DNA of 64,000 nt from an uncultured Acidobacteriota bacterium. GTDB lineage: Bacteria > Acidobacteriota > Blastocatellia > Pyrinomonadales > Pyrinomonadaceae. The position numbers and the translations under genes were made by a program. The notes beneath the pieces are model-generated. The model saw only the letters and a list, made by a program, of their open reading frames with translations, was not told where the DNA came from and did not search any database. Below are positions 28,424 to 38,200 of the stretch, in pieces; within the stretch, counting starts at the first letter, position 1; each line of letters starts with the position of its first letter. The DNA lies in assembly GCA_963734445.1 (NCBI GenBank), contig CAVTGZ010000003.1:337341-401340 (forward strand), written 5' to 3'.

Positions 28424-28680
28424 ATCAGCCGAACGGAAAAGAGCAATTAGCAGGCCGCGCCCGCTAGTTCGAAATGCCTCGGGATGGGCGTTCCCGTCGT
28501 TGGCGCTTCGGCTGTCGGTGCGGATTTCTCCTCACGCTCACGACATATTCCCCAATATTTCAGCGATTTGCTCGCGGAAGTCCCTGTTCTCTGCTGGCAT
28601 GTACGTTGCTCCGGTCTGCCCCGATTCCGCGTATTGTCGGCTCTCCATCGTTGTGGTTACGCGACCCGCGGCAATTCAAA

Positions 28681-29949
28681 ATGATAGGTAACCTAGACCG
28701 AAGATATCGCGAAGTGACCGTGGTGGGCGCGGGCGTGGCGGGCATGCTGACGGCTTATGCGCTCGACCGTCGCGGCTATCAGGTCACTCTGATCGAAGAA
28801 AAAGAGCGCGCCGGGGGCTTAATTCGCACAACCAGAACTGAGCACGGCATATCCGAGAGCGCTGCGCATTCGCTGATTGCAACCAGCGCCGTGCGCGAGT
28901 TATGCCGCGACCTCAGCGTCGAATTGGTCGAGCCGCGTAAAGAGGCAAAAGCTAAATTCGTCGTGCGCGATGGCCAACTGCAGCGTTTTCCCCTGCACTT
29001 TAGCGAAGCGATCGATTTAGCAAGTCATTTCGTCTTCCATCGCTCTGAGAGTTCGCCGCAACAGGACGTTGAAACCTGGGCGCGGCTGCATCTCGGCGAT
29101 TCAGCTACCGACTACCTGCTTACGCCTTTCGTTCGCGGCATCTATGGCGTGCAGCCGGCCGAGCTGGGTCTGGCTACGGCTTTTCCTTTTCTCAATCTGC
29201 CACATGGCGCGACCTTATTGGGCGCGCTGCTGCGCCGGCATTTCAAACGTTCGGCAAAGAAAGAGAAGAAGGGCCGCGCCGCGCCCCGATTCGGCATGGG
29301 CGATCTGGTGGGGCGCCTGGAGCGCGATCTGGAAAAACGTTTAGGACTGCGCTTTCGCAAACTGGAAACGATTAGATGCCTGCCGGACGCGCCGAACGTA
29401 ATTCTGGCCACGCCCGCCTACGCAGCGGCGCCGTTGCTGGACTCAAGCGTGCCACAACTCGCGGAGGCACTACGCTCGGTTCGCTACACGCCGATCGTTT
29501 CCGTTACGACTTTCGTCGAGCGCGAGGCACTCGATCACCCTGTTCACGGAACCGGCGTATTGATGCCCGCGCGTGAAGACACAAAATCGCTGGGCATCCT
29601 CTTCAATTCAAGTTCGTTCGACTACCGGGTAACCGATAATTCCCGGTTTGCTTCGTTCACCGTAATGATGGGCGGCACCGCGCATCCGGAGTGGCTGGAC
29701 GCTTCCGACGCTGAGATTCAGCAGGCGATGAAGCTTGAGCTGGCGGCGATGCTGGGCATTCGTGAGCCGCGCCGAACAGTAATTCATCGCTGGCCGCGGG
29801 CGCTGCCCCAGTATTCAGTCGGTCTGCCGAGCGTCTGGCAGAAAGCCCGCGACACCTGGTGCATCATCCCGGGCCGAATCCTGTTCGGCAACTACACCGG
29901 TCAAATCAGCCTGCGCGGCATGATCGAAAGCGCCGCGGTTTTGAATTAG
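28681..29949 (+). CDS. protoporphyrinogen/coproporphyrinogen oxidase (HemY-type, FAD)
   Basis: From ATG 28681: REVTVVGAGVAGMLTAYALDRRGYQVTLIEEKERAGG. C-terminal GNYTGQISLRGMIESA. The upstream 69 codons of the ORF look non-coding. Confidence 0.8.
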   Translation: MIGNLDRRYREVTVVGAGVAGMLTAYALDRRGYQVTLIEEKERAGGLIRTTRTEHGISESAAHSLIATSAVRELCRDLSVELVEPRKEAKAKFVVRDGQLQRFPLHFSEAIDLASHFVFHRSESSPQQDVETWARLHLGDSATDYLLTPFVRGIYGVQPAELGLATAFPFLNLPHGATLLGALLRRHFKRSAKKEKKGRAAPRFGMGDLVGRLERDLEKRLGLRFRKLETIRCLPDAPNVILATPAYAAAPLLDSSVPQLAEALRSVRYTPIVSVTTFVEREALDHPVHGTGVLMPAREDTKSLGILFNSSSFDYRVTDNSRFASFTVMMGGTAHPEWLDASDAEIQQAMKLELAAMLGIREPRRTVIHRWPRALPQYSVGLPSVWQKARDTWCIIPGRILFGNYTGQISLRGMIESAAVLN

Positions 29950-29991
29950 ACATGCACGCGTCCCGCGTGCCCGGAAGGTTAGGAAGAAGTC

Positions 29992-30945
29992 ATGAAGAAA
30001 ATCCAAGCCATCGATTTCATGTATTACGTCGCCACGCGCGAGTTCATGGAGCAGTGGGACCGCGCCAAAGAGGGCGAACTGGTCTGCCGGATGGAAAAAG
30101 CGATCGGCGGTCTGCCGCGCTTCACTTCGATCGAAGAGATGCTGCGGCAGATGGACGAAGCCGGCGTCGAAAAAGTTTTCATCACGCAAACCAAGATGTG
30201 GTCGTACTGGCGCAAGTGGATGTACATGGACACGCAGCTCGAAGACGTCCTGCAGTACACCGAGAAGTATCCCGATCGCTTTGTCGGTCTCGCCGGCTAC
30301 AACCCGTTTCGAATCAAAGAGAGTCTGCAGGAGATCGAACTCGCAGTTACGAAGCACGGCTTCAAAGGCGTCTACGTTCACATCTACGGCTTCGACATCC
30401 CTCTGAACGACGCGAAGATGTATCCGCTGTTCGCCAAGTGCGTGGAGCTCGACGTGCCGGTGTCGATGCAGGTCGGTCACGTGCTCGAAGCGATGCCCAG
30501 CGACGGCGCGCGCCCGATGTTTCTCGATCGGATCGCCTGCGACTTTCCTGATTTGAAGATGATCGGCGCGCACACTGGCTGGCCCTGGGTCGATGAGCTG
30601 ATCTCGGTCTGCTACAAGTGGGAAAACATCTGGTTCGGCGTCGATGCGTGGCTGCCGAAATATCTCTCGCCGCAAATCATTCAATTCATCAACAGCCGTC
30701 TCGGCCGCGATCGCTGCCTCTGGGGCACGAACGGCCTGCCCTGGAAAGAAAGCTTGAAACAGCTTTGCGAACTGGGCCTGAAGGAAGACGTCGAACGAAA
30801 GCTTTTGCGTGAAAACGCGATTGAATTATTTAAGTTGCAGCCTGCCTCAACCACTTCGGCGAGCGATGAGGTGGTTTTTGCCGACCGTTATGTCGAGGGT
30901 CTCGCTCGATCAAACGCCGAGCGGACACAGGTTCAAACGTCATGA
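29992..30945 (+). CDS. amidohydrolase-2 (PF04909-like) family protein, divergent N-terminal motif
   Basis: C-terminal [12 protein letters not shown]...[14 protein letters not shown] is typical of the family. The N-terminus reads AIDFMYY where IDxHxH is usual. Confidence 0.7.
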   Translation: MKKIQAIDFMYYVATREFMEQWDRAKEGELVCRMEKAIGGLPRFTSIEEMLRQMDEAGVEKVFITQTKMWSYWRKWMYMDTQLEDVLQYTEKYPDRFVGLAGYNPFRIKESLQEIELAVTKHGFKGVYVHIYGFDIPLNDAKMYPLFAKCVELDVPVSMQVGHVLEAMPSDGARPMFLDRIACDFPDLKMIGAHTGWPWVDELISVCYKWENIWFGVDAWLPKYLSPQIIQFINSRLGRDRCLWGTNGLPWKESLKQLCELGLKEDVERKLLRENAIELFKLQPASTTSASDEVVFADRYVEGLARSNAERTQVQTS

Positions 30946-31706
30946 ACTTCGAAGGAAAATCAGTAATTGTCACCGGCGGGGCGCGCGGCATTGGGCGGGC
31001 CATTGTGAACGCGTTCGCCGAAGCCGGCGCCGAGGTGGTTATTAGCGACTTGCGTTGCGAAGAAGCAAAGACCGCGGCTTTGAACACCAGCGAAACTTTT
31101 CAACGGCGCGTGATCGCGGTGCAGACCGACGTTACTAAACATGAAGACGTTGAGCGTTTGCGCGACGAAACCTTGCGCCAGTTCGGCAAAATTGACGTGC
31201 TGGTAAATTGTGCCGGCTGGGATCGCCTGCTGCCTTTCACGAAAACCACGCCTGACCTTTGGCACAAGATTCTGTCGATCAACTTCCTGGGAGTTGTTAA
31301 TACTTGTCACGTGATCGTCCCCGCCATGGTCGAGCACAAACAGGGTGCGATCGTGAACATCAGCTCTGACACCGGACGTGTTGGTTCTTTCGGTGAAGCC
31401 ATCTACGCCAGCTCAAAAGCCGCCATCATGGCTTTCTCGAAGACACTGGCCCGCGAGCATGCGCGCGACAATATTCGCGTCAATGTCGTCTCGCCCGGAC
31501 TGTGCGACACGCCCTTGATTGACGAGATGAAGCAGGATGAGTTCACGGCAAAGATTCTCAGCTCGATCGTCAACTTCATTCCGTTGAAGCGGCTGGGCCG
31601 GCCGGAAGAAATTGCGCCGCTGGTTCTGTTCCTGGCTTCGGATTCGGCCAGCTACATTACCGGTCAGGTCTATAGCGTCAACGGCGGGCTGAATATGGTT
31701 GGATAA
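30942..31706 (+). CDS. short-chain dehydrogenase/reductase (SDR)
   Basis: [16 protein letters not shown], and YASSKAA. ATGA overlap with the preceding gene. Confidence 0.9.
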   Translation: MNFEGKSVIVTGGARGIGRAIVNAFAEAGAEVVISDLRCEEAKTAALNTSETFQRRVIAVQTDVTKHEDVERLRDETLRQFGKIDVLVNCAGWDRLLPFTKTTPDLWHKILSINFLGVVNTCHVIVPAMVEHKQGAIVNISSDTGRVGSFGEAIYASSKAAIMAFSKTLAREHARDNIRVNVVSPGLCDTPLIDEMKQDEFTAKILSSIVNFIPLKRLGRPEEIAPLVLFLASDSASYITGQVYSVNGGLNMVG

Positions 31707-31771
31707 ATTGTGTCATCTCCCTTCATGGGAAGACTTAGGTTGAATCAAGGGCAGTGTTCCTAGTTTGAAAT

Positions 31772-31869
31772 CCTCTGCGCCTCCTCTGCGTGCTCGGCGT
31801 CTCTGCGGTGAATGTTTTTGAGCGTTTGTTCACCGCTGAGGCGCGGAGGTCGCGGAGATTACGCAGAGA
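31772..31869. repeat. Family A hairpin repeat, copy A3 (between the SDR and the reductase subunit gene)
   Basis: CCTCTGCGCCTCCTCTGCGTGCTCGGCGTCTCTGCGGTGAA ... TTCACCGCTGAGGCGCGGAGGTCGCGGAGATTACGCAGAG. Confidence 0.7.
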
Positions 31870-31881
31870 AAAGCCGAATCG

Positions 31882-33048
31882 ATGACTGAACCAATTTTTC
31901 ACGAGTGGCAAAATAGATCGCTCGACGATGTGATCTACGAATGCCGCGAACTGTTTGAAGACACCGCGTTCCCCACTGTAAAGCGTTGGCGCGACCGCGG
32001 CGGAAAAATTGTGGGCCATTTCCAGGTAGCCTTTCCCGAAGAGATCGTTCACGCTGCCGGCCTCTTGCCATTTAAAGTTCGCGGCGCTCCGATCGAAGCT
32101 GTGCAGGCCGATTCGCGCTTTGGATCTTACCTGTGCTCGATTCTCAAGACTTCGCTTGAACTCGCCCTCAGTAACACTGTCCCGCTTGAGATGTTCGTAA
32201 CCCATCCGATTTGCGACGCGGCGCGAAATCTGGCGGCAGTTTGGGGACGCAATGTTTCATATCCCTGTCAGATTCTGTATCTGCCGCAAAATCCGAATTC
32301 GCCGCACTCAGTAATTTATTTGCGCGGAGAGTACGACAGATTGAAGCGATCCATAGAAGAGATTTCCGGCCGGCCGATCACCGACGATGCGCTGCGAAAC
32401 TCGATTGCTGTCTTCAACGAGAATCGTGCGTTGACGCGCCAACTTTACGAGATCAAGAAGAATACTCCGTGGCTCGTTTCAGCTGATGAAGCCTACGTGC
32501 TAGTGGCGTTGGCCGGACTGATTCCGCGCGAGGAACACAATGAACTGCTGCGCTCGCTGCTGCCACAGATTCGCGCCCGCGGGACCCGGACGCAGGACAA
32601 AGTGCGGGTAGTTTTCGAGGGTGGTTTTTGCGAACAGCCTCCGCTGGATCTGATTCGAGCCATCGCGCGTTCGTGCTACGTCGTTGATGACGATCTGCTG
32701 ATCGGTCTGCGCTGGTTACTGGAAGACGTTCCGCTCGAGGGTGATCCGCTGACCAATCTGGCTGAGGCCTATCTGGAAAAATCCTCGTATAGCCCGGTCC
32801 AACACGATCTGCGCAAGCCGAAAGAGAAGATGCTGCTGGCTCGCATGCGAAACGCGCGCGCCGACGCCGCCATCATCACGGCCGCCAAGATGTGCGAGCC
32901 GGGACTTGAAGAGCAGGTCGCGTACACACACGCGCTGGACGAAGCCGGCATTCCGTATTTCGTGGGCGAATTTGAAGAAAGTATGACCAGCTTTGACTCG
33001 ATGGAAATTCAGTTGGAAACGTTCGTCGAAAATATTTTGTTTAGCTGA
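31882..33048 (+). CDS. benzoyl-CoA reductase / 2-hydroxyacyl-CoA dehydratase family subunit (BcrC/BadD/HgdB-like)
   Basis: 388 aa. [24 protein letters not shown] and [10 protein letters not shown] are typical of the HgdB/BcrC family. Confidence 0.8.
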   Translation: MTEPIFHEWQNRSLDDVIYECRELFEDTAFPTVKRWRDRGGKIVGHFQVAFPEEIVHAAGLLPFKVRGAPIEAVQADSRFGSYLCSILKTSLELALSNTVPLEMFVTHPICDAARNLAAVWGRNVSYPCQILYLPQNPNSPHSVIYLRGEYDRLKRSIEEISGRPITDDALRNSIAVFNENRALTRQLYEIKKNTPWLVSADEAYVLVALAGLIPREEHNELLRSLLPQIRARGTRTQDKVRVVFEGGFCEQPPLDLIRAIARSCYVVDDDLLIGLRWLLEDVPLEGDPLTNLAEAYLEKSSYSPVQHDLRKPKEKMLLARMRNARADAAIITAAKMCEPGLEEQVAYTHALDEAGIPYFVGEFEESMTSFDSMEIQLETFVENILFS

Positions 33049-33114
33049 GCTTTGGAGTGCGGCGACTCGGTGCCGCTTTTTGAATCTTCGTTCAAATCGA
33101 GTTGAAGCAGCGCA

Positions 33115-34404
33115 ATGACTATGACCCAAACACACGACATCGTCGGGCGCGGCAATCGCGACGGAGCGGCTTTATTTCAAAGCTGGTTCACTGAACTGAA
33201 TCAGACGGCCGAAACTGATGGCCGGGCCGCGTATGTCTTCGTCATGGGCAGCATGGCTGAGTTGCTGCGCGTTTTCGATCTGCCCATCGTGATGCCGGAA
33301 ATTAATTCGCTGCAAACGGCAGTGCGGCGCGTAGCCCATGAATATCTGAACCAGGCAGAAGACTATGGCTATTCGCCCGACATCTGCGGGTACGTCAAAG
33401 CCGACGTCGCGTTACAGCTCAATCATGGCAAACATCCGATGGGCCGCATACCCAAACCTTCGCTCGCGGTGTTGACGAACGCGTGCAACACCTACATCAA
33501 GTGGGCGGAAATCTGGGAGCGTATGTATCACATCCCGATTTTCACTCTCGATATTCCCGGGACGCGTGCGTGCGGCGCGCAGACATGGCCCGGCCATCCT
33601 GACTTTGAAAATGATCGCCGATACGTACTGGCCCAGATTAAAGAACTAATTACTGTTTGCGAGAACCTTACCGGAAAGAAATTCGACATCGATCGGCTGC
33701 GCGAAGCTTTGCAGCATGCCAACGTCATGAGTCGCGGATGGCGGCGCGTGCTCGAACTGAACCAGAGCACGCCGTCGGTCTTTAACGCGCTCACCGACGG
33801 TACGATCTATCTCGGCGTGTCGAATGGTTTTCGCGGCACACCCGAGGGCGCGAAGTACTTCGAAGATCTGGTCGAGGAGATGGAGTTCAAGGCCGCGCAG
33901 GGCATCGGTACGATGACTGACGAGAAGTACCGGCTGCTGTTCGTTGGTGTTCCCTGCTATCCAATCTTTCGTCGCTTTAACGAACTCTTCAGCGAATGGG
34001 GCGGCACGTTCGTCAATTCTACTTATCTGTGGTTTGCCGCGGGCGGAGTAAACCAGGGTTATGAATACGATCTCAACCGACCGCTCGAAAGTTTTGCCGA
34101 AGGCGTTCTCATTTACGTACGCAATGCAATGGACAGCATGTTTTATCAGGAGCAGGCACTGGAGCACATGATCGATCCGTTTCAAGTCGACGGCGTGGTT
34201 TACCACCCGATCAAAAGTTGTCGCACGGTTTCGACCGGACTGGCCGACAATCGCCGCGCGTTAATGGCGAAGCGCGACATTGCCAGCCTGTTCATTGAGT
34301 CGGACATGATGGATCGCCGCGTGGTGTCGGAAGCGCAGTTGAAAAATCGCGCCGATGCTTTTTTTGAAGGCCTGGCGTCGCGGCGACTGGCCGCGGCCCG
34401 TTAA
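33115..34404 (+). CDS. benzoyl-CoA reductase / 2-hydroxyacyl-CoA dehydratase family subunit (BcrB/BadE/HgdA-like)
   Basis: 429 aa. YSPDICGYVKAD, NACNTYIKW and VVYHPIKSCRTVS. Confidence 0.8.
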   Translation: MTMTQTHDIVGRGNRDGAALFQSWFTELNQTAETDGRAAYVFVMGSMAELLRVFDLPIVMPEINSLQTAVRRVAHEYLNQAEDYGYSPDICGYVKADVALQLNHGKHPMGRIPKPSLAVLTNACNTYIKWAEIWERMYHIPIFTLDIPGTRACGAQTWPGHPDFENDRRYVLAQIKELITVCENLTGKKFDIDRLREALQHANVMSRGWRRVLELNQSTPSVFNALTDGTIYLGVSNGFRGTPEGAKYFEDLVEEMEFKAAQGIGTMTDEKYRLLFVGVPCYPIFRRFNELFSEWGGTFVNSTYLWFAAGGVNQGYEYDLNRPLESFAEGVLIYVRNAMDSMFYQEQALEHMIDPFQVDGVVYHPIKSCRTVSTGLADNRRALMAKRDIASLFIESDMMDRRVVSEAQLKNRADAFFEGLASRRLAAAR

Positions 34405-34420
34405 GCAGTCCGGGCATCTT

Positions 34421-34582
34421 CTCTCCCTTCTCCCACTGGGAGAAGGGTCGGGGATGAGGGTGTGAAGCTTAGCGCGAAAGTATTTTTTTGAGCACCGTCA
34501 TGGGTAACCACGACAACGCTAAATCAAGAATAGGTCCTCGCCAGGCCCTCACCCCAACCCTCTCCCAAAGGGAGAGGGAGAA
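34421..34582. repeat. Family E element E1: two inverted 36-40-nt units bounding an about 80-nt spacer
   Basis: CTCCCTTCTCCCACTGGGAGAAGGGTCGGGGATGAGGGTG (left) and GCCCTCACCCCAACCCTCTCCCAAAGGGAGAGGGAG (right) are reverse complements of each other. Confidence 0.8.
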
Positions 34583-34596
34583 AGACCAGGATTCTT

Positions 34597-35400
34597 ATGG
34601 CATACGCAGCCGGCGTTGACGTCGGATCAACTCAAACCAAAGCCGTCATCATCGACGAAGCCGGCGCGATCGTAGGGCGCGCGCTGATCGATACGGGCGC
34701 GAACGTTATCGCCGCCGCCGAAAACGCTTTCGCCGAAGCCCTCCTCTCTGACCATCTCGATGAACGCGAGGTCGAATACGTGATTGGCACCGGCTACGGC
34801 CGTTATCGCGTGACGTTCGGCAACGCCCAGGTAACCGAGATTAGCTGTCATGGGCGCGGCGCAGTCCACATGTTTCCAAACACCCGCACGGTGGTTGATA
34901 TGGGAGGGCAGGACACCAAAGCAATTCGCGTTAACGCGACCGGCGAGATCGTGGACTTCTGCATGAATGATAAGTGCGCCGCCGGCACGGGTCGGTTTCT
35001 GGGCGCCGCCTCAGCCGCGCTCGACATACCACTGGACGAGTTGGGCGAAGTGGCCCTGCGCGCCGAGCGAGCGGTCAAGATCAGCACCACCTGCACGGTC
35101 TTTGCCGAGTCTGAAGTTCTCTCCTGGCTGGGTAAGGGAAAGAAGATCGAAGACATTTTGCTTGGCGTGCATCAATCGATCGCGGCGCGCTCGATCGGTT
35201 TGTTACGGCGGGTCGGCATCGATCCGGAAGTTACTTTCACTGGAGGCGTCGCGAAAAACATCGGGATGATAGAGGCGCTTAATAAAGGAATGAATCTGAA
35301 AGTGAACGTAAGCGCTGACTCGCATTTTATGGGCGCGCTGGGCGCGGCGTTGTTTGCGATGGACCACATTCGAGCGAGCCGCGTTCCCGTGGCAGTTTGA
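34597..35400 (+). CDS. BcrAD/BadFG-type ATPase (reductase/activase subunit), copy 1
   Basis: [27 protein letters not shown] and CTVFAESEV (cluster-bridging Cys positions). Confidence 0.85.
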   Translation: MAYAAGVDVGSTQTKAVIIDEAGAIVGRALIDTGANVIAAAENAFAEALLSDHLDEREVEYVIGTGYGRYRVTFGNAQVTEISCHGRGAVHMFPNTRTVVDMGGQDTKAIRVNATGEIVDFCMNDKCAAGTGRFLGAASAALDIPLDELGEVALRAERAVKISTTCTVFAESEVLSWLGKGKKIEDILLGVHQSIAARSIGLLRRVGIDPEVTFTGGVAKNIGMIEALNKGMNLKVNVSADSHFMGALGAALFAMDHIRASRVPVAV

Positions 35401-35402
35401 GT

Positions 35403-35500
35403 TCTCTGCGTTAACTCTGCGCTCTTTGCGTCTCAGCGGTGAATCCCGGATGCGAAGAGTTCACCGCAGAGACGCCGAGGTCGCAAAGACCGCGCTGAGA
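35403..35500. repeat. Family A hairpin repeat, copy A4 (between the two ATPase genes)
   Basis: CTCTGCGTTAACTCTGCGCTCTTTGCGTCTCAGCGGTGAA-TCCCGGATGCGAAGAG-TTCACCGCAGAGACGCCGAGGTCGCAAAG. Confidence 0.75.
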
Positions 35501-35522
35501 AAGCTGAAACAGGATACTTTTT

Positions 35523-36362
35523 ATGACTTACACCGTTGGCATCGACGTCGGCTCAACCTACACCAAGGCCTTAATTCTTTCAGACGACTTTCGCATCGTC
35601 GGCAAGGCTCTGGCCGCCACCGGTTTCAAACTCGCCGCAGTCTCGCGCAAGCTCTTCGACCAATCGCTTGAACAAGCCGGATTGAACGACTCGGATGTTG
35701 CTTATGTCGTCGCCACCGGTTTTGGCCGCCACATGGTTCCGTTCAGCAACGTGGCCGTGACGGATCTAACGGCGAGCGCACGCGGCACGGCCTTTTTGTT
35801 TCCCGGGACTCGCACGGTTCTCGATGTCGGTGGGCAAACGATGAAAGCAAGCCGTCTCGACGATACTGCGAAAGTGAGATCATTTCGGCTGAACGACAAA
35901 TGCGCGGCGGGCACCGGCGCCTTCATCGAGAAGACGGCGCGTTACATGGGCTACACCACTGAAGAGATTGGGCCGCTGGTGGCCACCTCGAAAACGGCTG
36001 TGCCGATCTCCGGGGTCTGTGCGGTGTTTGCTGAGTCCGAAGTGATCAATCAACTATCCATGGGCGCGCCGCCTGCGGACATCATGCATGGCGCGATCTC
36101 ATCGCTGGTCGATCGCTCGTTCCAACTAATGAGGCGCGTTCAGATGGAACCCGAATACACCCTGATCGGCGGCATCCTGCGCTTCGGCACAATGGCGCGC
36201 GTCGTGCGCGAGAAGCTGAACGCTCCGGTCAACGTTCCCGACGGCGATATGGTCCAGTACACGACGGCTCTGGGCGCGGCGATCCTCGGCCACCAGCGTC
36301 TGCGAAAGCTGACAGAAGCAGGAACTGAGATTTCGCGAGTTACAGAAGCAGTGGCGGTATGA
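35523..36362 (+). CDS. BcrAD/BadFG-type ATPase (reductase/activase subunit), copy 2
   Basis: [27 protein letters not shown] and CAVFAESEVI. Confidence 0.85.
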   Translation: MTYTVGIDVGSTYTKALILSDDFRIVGKALAATGFKLAAVSRKLFDQSLEQAGLNDSDVAYVVATGFGRHMVPFSNVAVTDLTASARGTAFLFPGTRTVLDVGGQTMKASRLDDTAKVRSFRLNDKCAAGTGAFIEKTARYMGYTTEEIGPLVATSKTAVPISGVCAVFAESEVINQLSMGAPPADIMHGAISSLVDRSFQLMRRVQMEPEYTLIGGILRFGTMARVVREKLNAPVNVPDGDMVQYTTALGAAILGHQRLRKLTEAGTEISRVTEAVAV

Positions 36363-36419
36363 ACTTAGCGTTTGGTCGAGGTTATCTCTACTTTCATTTT
36401 TCCTAAGGAGAAGACTTCA

Positions 36420-37418
36420 ATGAACCAACCCGGCCGAAGGATTGGTGTGCTCGCTCCGCCAGCCCGAAAGAGCCTTATCCCTGCGCTTGTGCTTCTCATG
36501 ATCGCCCTGCTCACACCGCTGACTGCCGGGCAGCGACGCTCTGCGCCTATTGCGCGAATCAACCCCACCTCGGACGCCCTGGTCTTTGGCGATCGCAATT
36601 TCGTTTACTACCTCGCGCCGAATTCAACTGCGCCGCGCCGGCTGGCCAAAGGAAATTTTCCCGCGCTGTCTGCCGACAGACGGCAGGTTGCGTATTGCAC
36701 TCCAATTGATGCAACCAAATCAGCACCTGAAACTGTAACCGTGATGGTGTTTGATCTCGCCTCAGGGAGAAGCACGGCCGTCCTGAAAGCCAATGCCTGG
36801 GCCAATCATCTGCGCTGGTCGCCCAATGGCGGGCGGTTGCTTTTGACGCTCGCCTACCTAAACGGCAAACGTGAATTGACCACGGTGGCGTCCGATGGTT
36901 CCGATAAACGAAAAGTTATCGGCGGCGGCGAGCAGGGCGCCAACGATATCTTCAGTCCGGTCTGGGCGCCTGACAGCCAAAGCATTTACTTCCACGACAT
37001 GAGCAATCTTTTTCAGGTGAGCACGGACGGTCGGCTGATCGCGAAGACTTCGCTGGGAACGATTGCGGAAGAGAAAGACTCAGTCACCAGCTCCGACTCG
37101 TTTGTGCCTTCGCCAAATGACCCCAATGTGATTGCTTACACCCGTTCGGTACAGGGATCGAAACTCTTCGAGAGGACCTTTGGCGAGCCCAACACCGCGC
37201 TCTTCATCTACAACGTGCAAACAAAGACCCACCGGCGAATCTCACCCGTTGATCTGCTGGCGCTCGATCCGGTGTGGTCGCGCGATGGGCGGTTTATTTA
37301 CTTCTCCGGTTATCGCGATCGCGAGGGCCGCGCCGCTTATCCTTTCAAAATCTATCGCATCAACGCGGATGGAACAGGATTGATTCAAATCGCGAGCGGC
37401 GAAAATCCGGGGGTTTAG
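36420..37418 (+). CDS. secreted PD40/TolB-like beta-propeller repeat protein
   Basis: AAGGAG lies upstream of ATG 36420, followed by a signal peptide. Repeated WSPNGGRLL, WAPDSQSIYF and WSRDGRFIYFSG motifs. Confidence 0.65.
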   Translation: MNQPGRRIGVLAPPARKSLIPALVLLMIALLTPLTAGQRRSAPIARINPTSDALVFGDRNFVYYLAPNSTAPRRLAKGNFPALSADRRQVAYCTPIDATKSAPETVTVMVFDLASGRSTAVLKANAWANHLRWSPNGGRLLLTLAYLNGKRELTTVASDGSDKRKVIGGGEQGANDIFSPVWAPDSQSIYFHDMSNLFQVSTDGRLIAKTSLGTIAEEKDSVTSSDSFVPSPNDPNVIAYTRSVQGSKLFERTFGEPNTALFIYNVQTKTHRRISPVDLLALDPVWSRDGRFIYFSGYRDREGRAAYPFKIYRINADGTGLIQIASGENPGV

Positions 37419-37527
37419 GATATCTCTCTGTGTCTCTTTGGGAGTCACCGCCCGAGTTCACTCGAGCATATCTTTGCGGCGACAGCATAAGGATTGAAGT
37501 TTGAGTTTTGGTGAGGCCGGTTTCGAT

Positions 37528-38031
37528 TCACCCTCTGAACGAGCGTGCGACGGTCGTAGTGATCGCGTCGAAAGTTCCTTTTTGGGTTTCGTCGTATTCG
37601 ATCCGGAACGTCTTGAATACGCCGTCCCGCAAAAAGGTCTTCTGATAGAACACTCGGCTATTTTCGGTTCCTGACACCACGAACCAATCCGGCTTTATCA
37701 CTTGATAGGTAACCTTCCGCTGGGGATGCGCAGCGCTGCTGATTTCTTCCTGGTAAACGTTTCGCAGAGTCTGATCCAACGCGTTGTTCGAGCCATACAC
37801 CAACATCTCAGCGCGCCCGTCCTTTGACAGAAACTTCTGTCCGTCACCATTAGCGGCTTCGCCTTGCGGAATCAAAACTCGTACAGGATAGGAAATCGAG
37901 TAACTAAACCGCGCGTTGTGATAAGTGACATACCCGGTCTGCGCTTGGGCCGGCCGCGACAGGGGAGCCAACGCGCCGACCAAAACTATCAGCGACAGCA
38001 ATCGCATAAACCGAGACTGATTTCTAAGCAT
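37528..38031 (-). CDS. secreted hypothetical protein
   Basis: From ATG 38031: MLRNQSRFMRLLSLIVLVGALAPLSRPAQA. No family recognised. Confidence 0.5.
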   Translation of the reverse strand: MLRNQSRFMRLLSLIVLVGALAPLSRPAQAQTGYVTYHNARFSYSISYPVRVLIPQGEAANGDGQKFLSKDGRAEMLVYGSNNALDQTLRNVYQEEISSAAHPQRKVTYQVIKPDWFVVSGTENSRVFYQKTFLRDGVFKTFRIEYDETQKGTFDAITTTVARSFRG

Positions 38032-38058
38032 AGTTTGCTCCTCAACAATTTGACTTTT

Positions 38059-38140
38059 GCCTCTGTGAATCCTCCGTGTTTCTGTGTGTAATCTGTTGTT
38101 AGACAATATTTACTACAAAGACACAAAGGCGCACAGAGGC
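38059..38140. repeat. Family A variant (CTCTGTG/CACAGAG), copy A5
   Basis: GCCTCTGTG...TTTCTGTGTGT ... ACACAAAGGCGCACAGAGGC. Confidence 0.65.
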
Positions 38141-38200
38141 AGAAAGCCACCCGAATGGTGAATCGGTAAGCAATGCTGTCCTCACGTATCCGATCGGTAA

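Noticed and set aside
28474-28680. 69-codon N-terminal extension of the oxidase ORF
   Set aside because: It is Arg/Cys-rich nonsense lying in the feoA divergent promoter region. The Rossmann GxGxxG fold begins just after ATG 28681.
29815-30684. 289-aa ORF on the minus strand
   Set aside because: It is antisense to the amidohydrolase gene and the end of the oxidase gene. No recognisable motifs. Shadow ORF.
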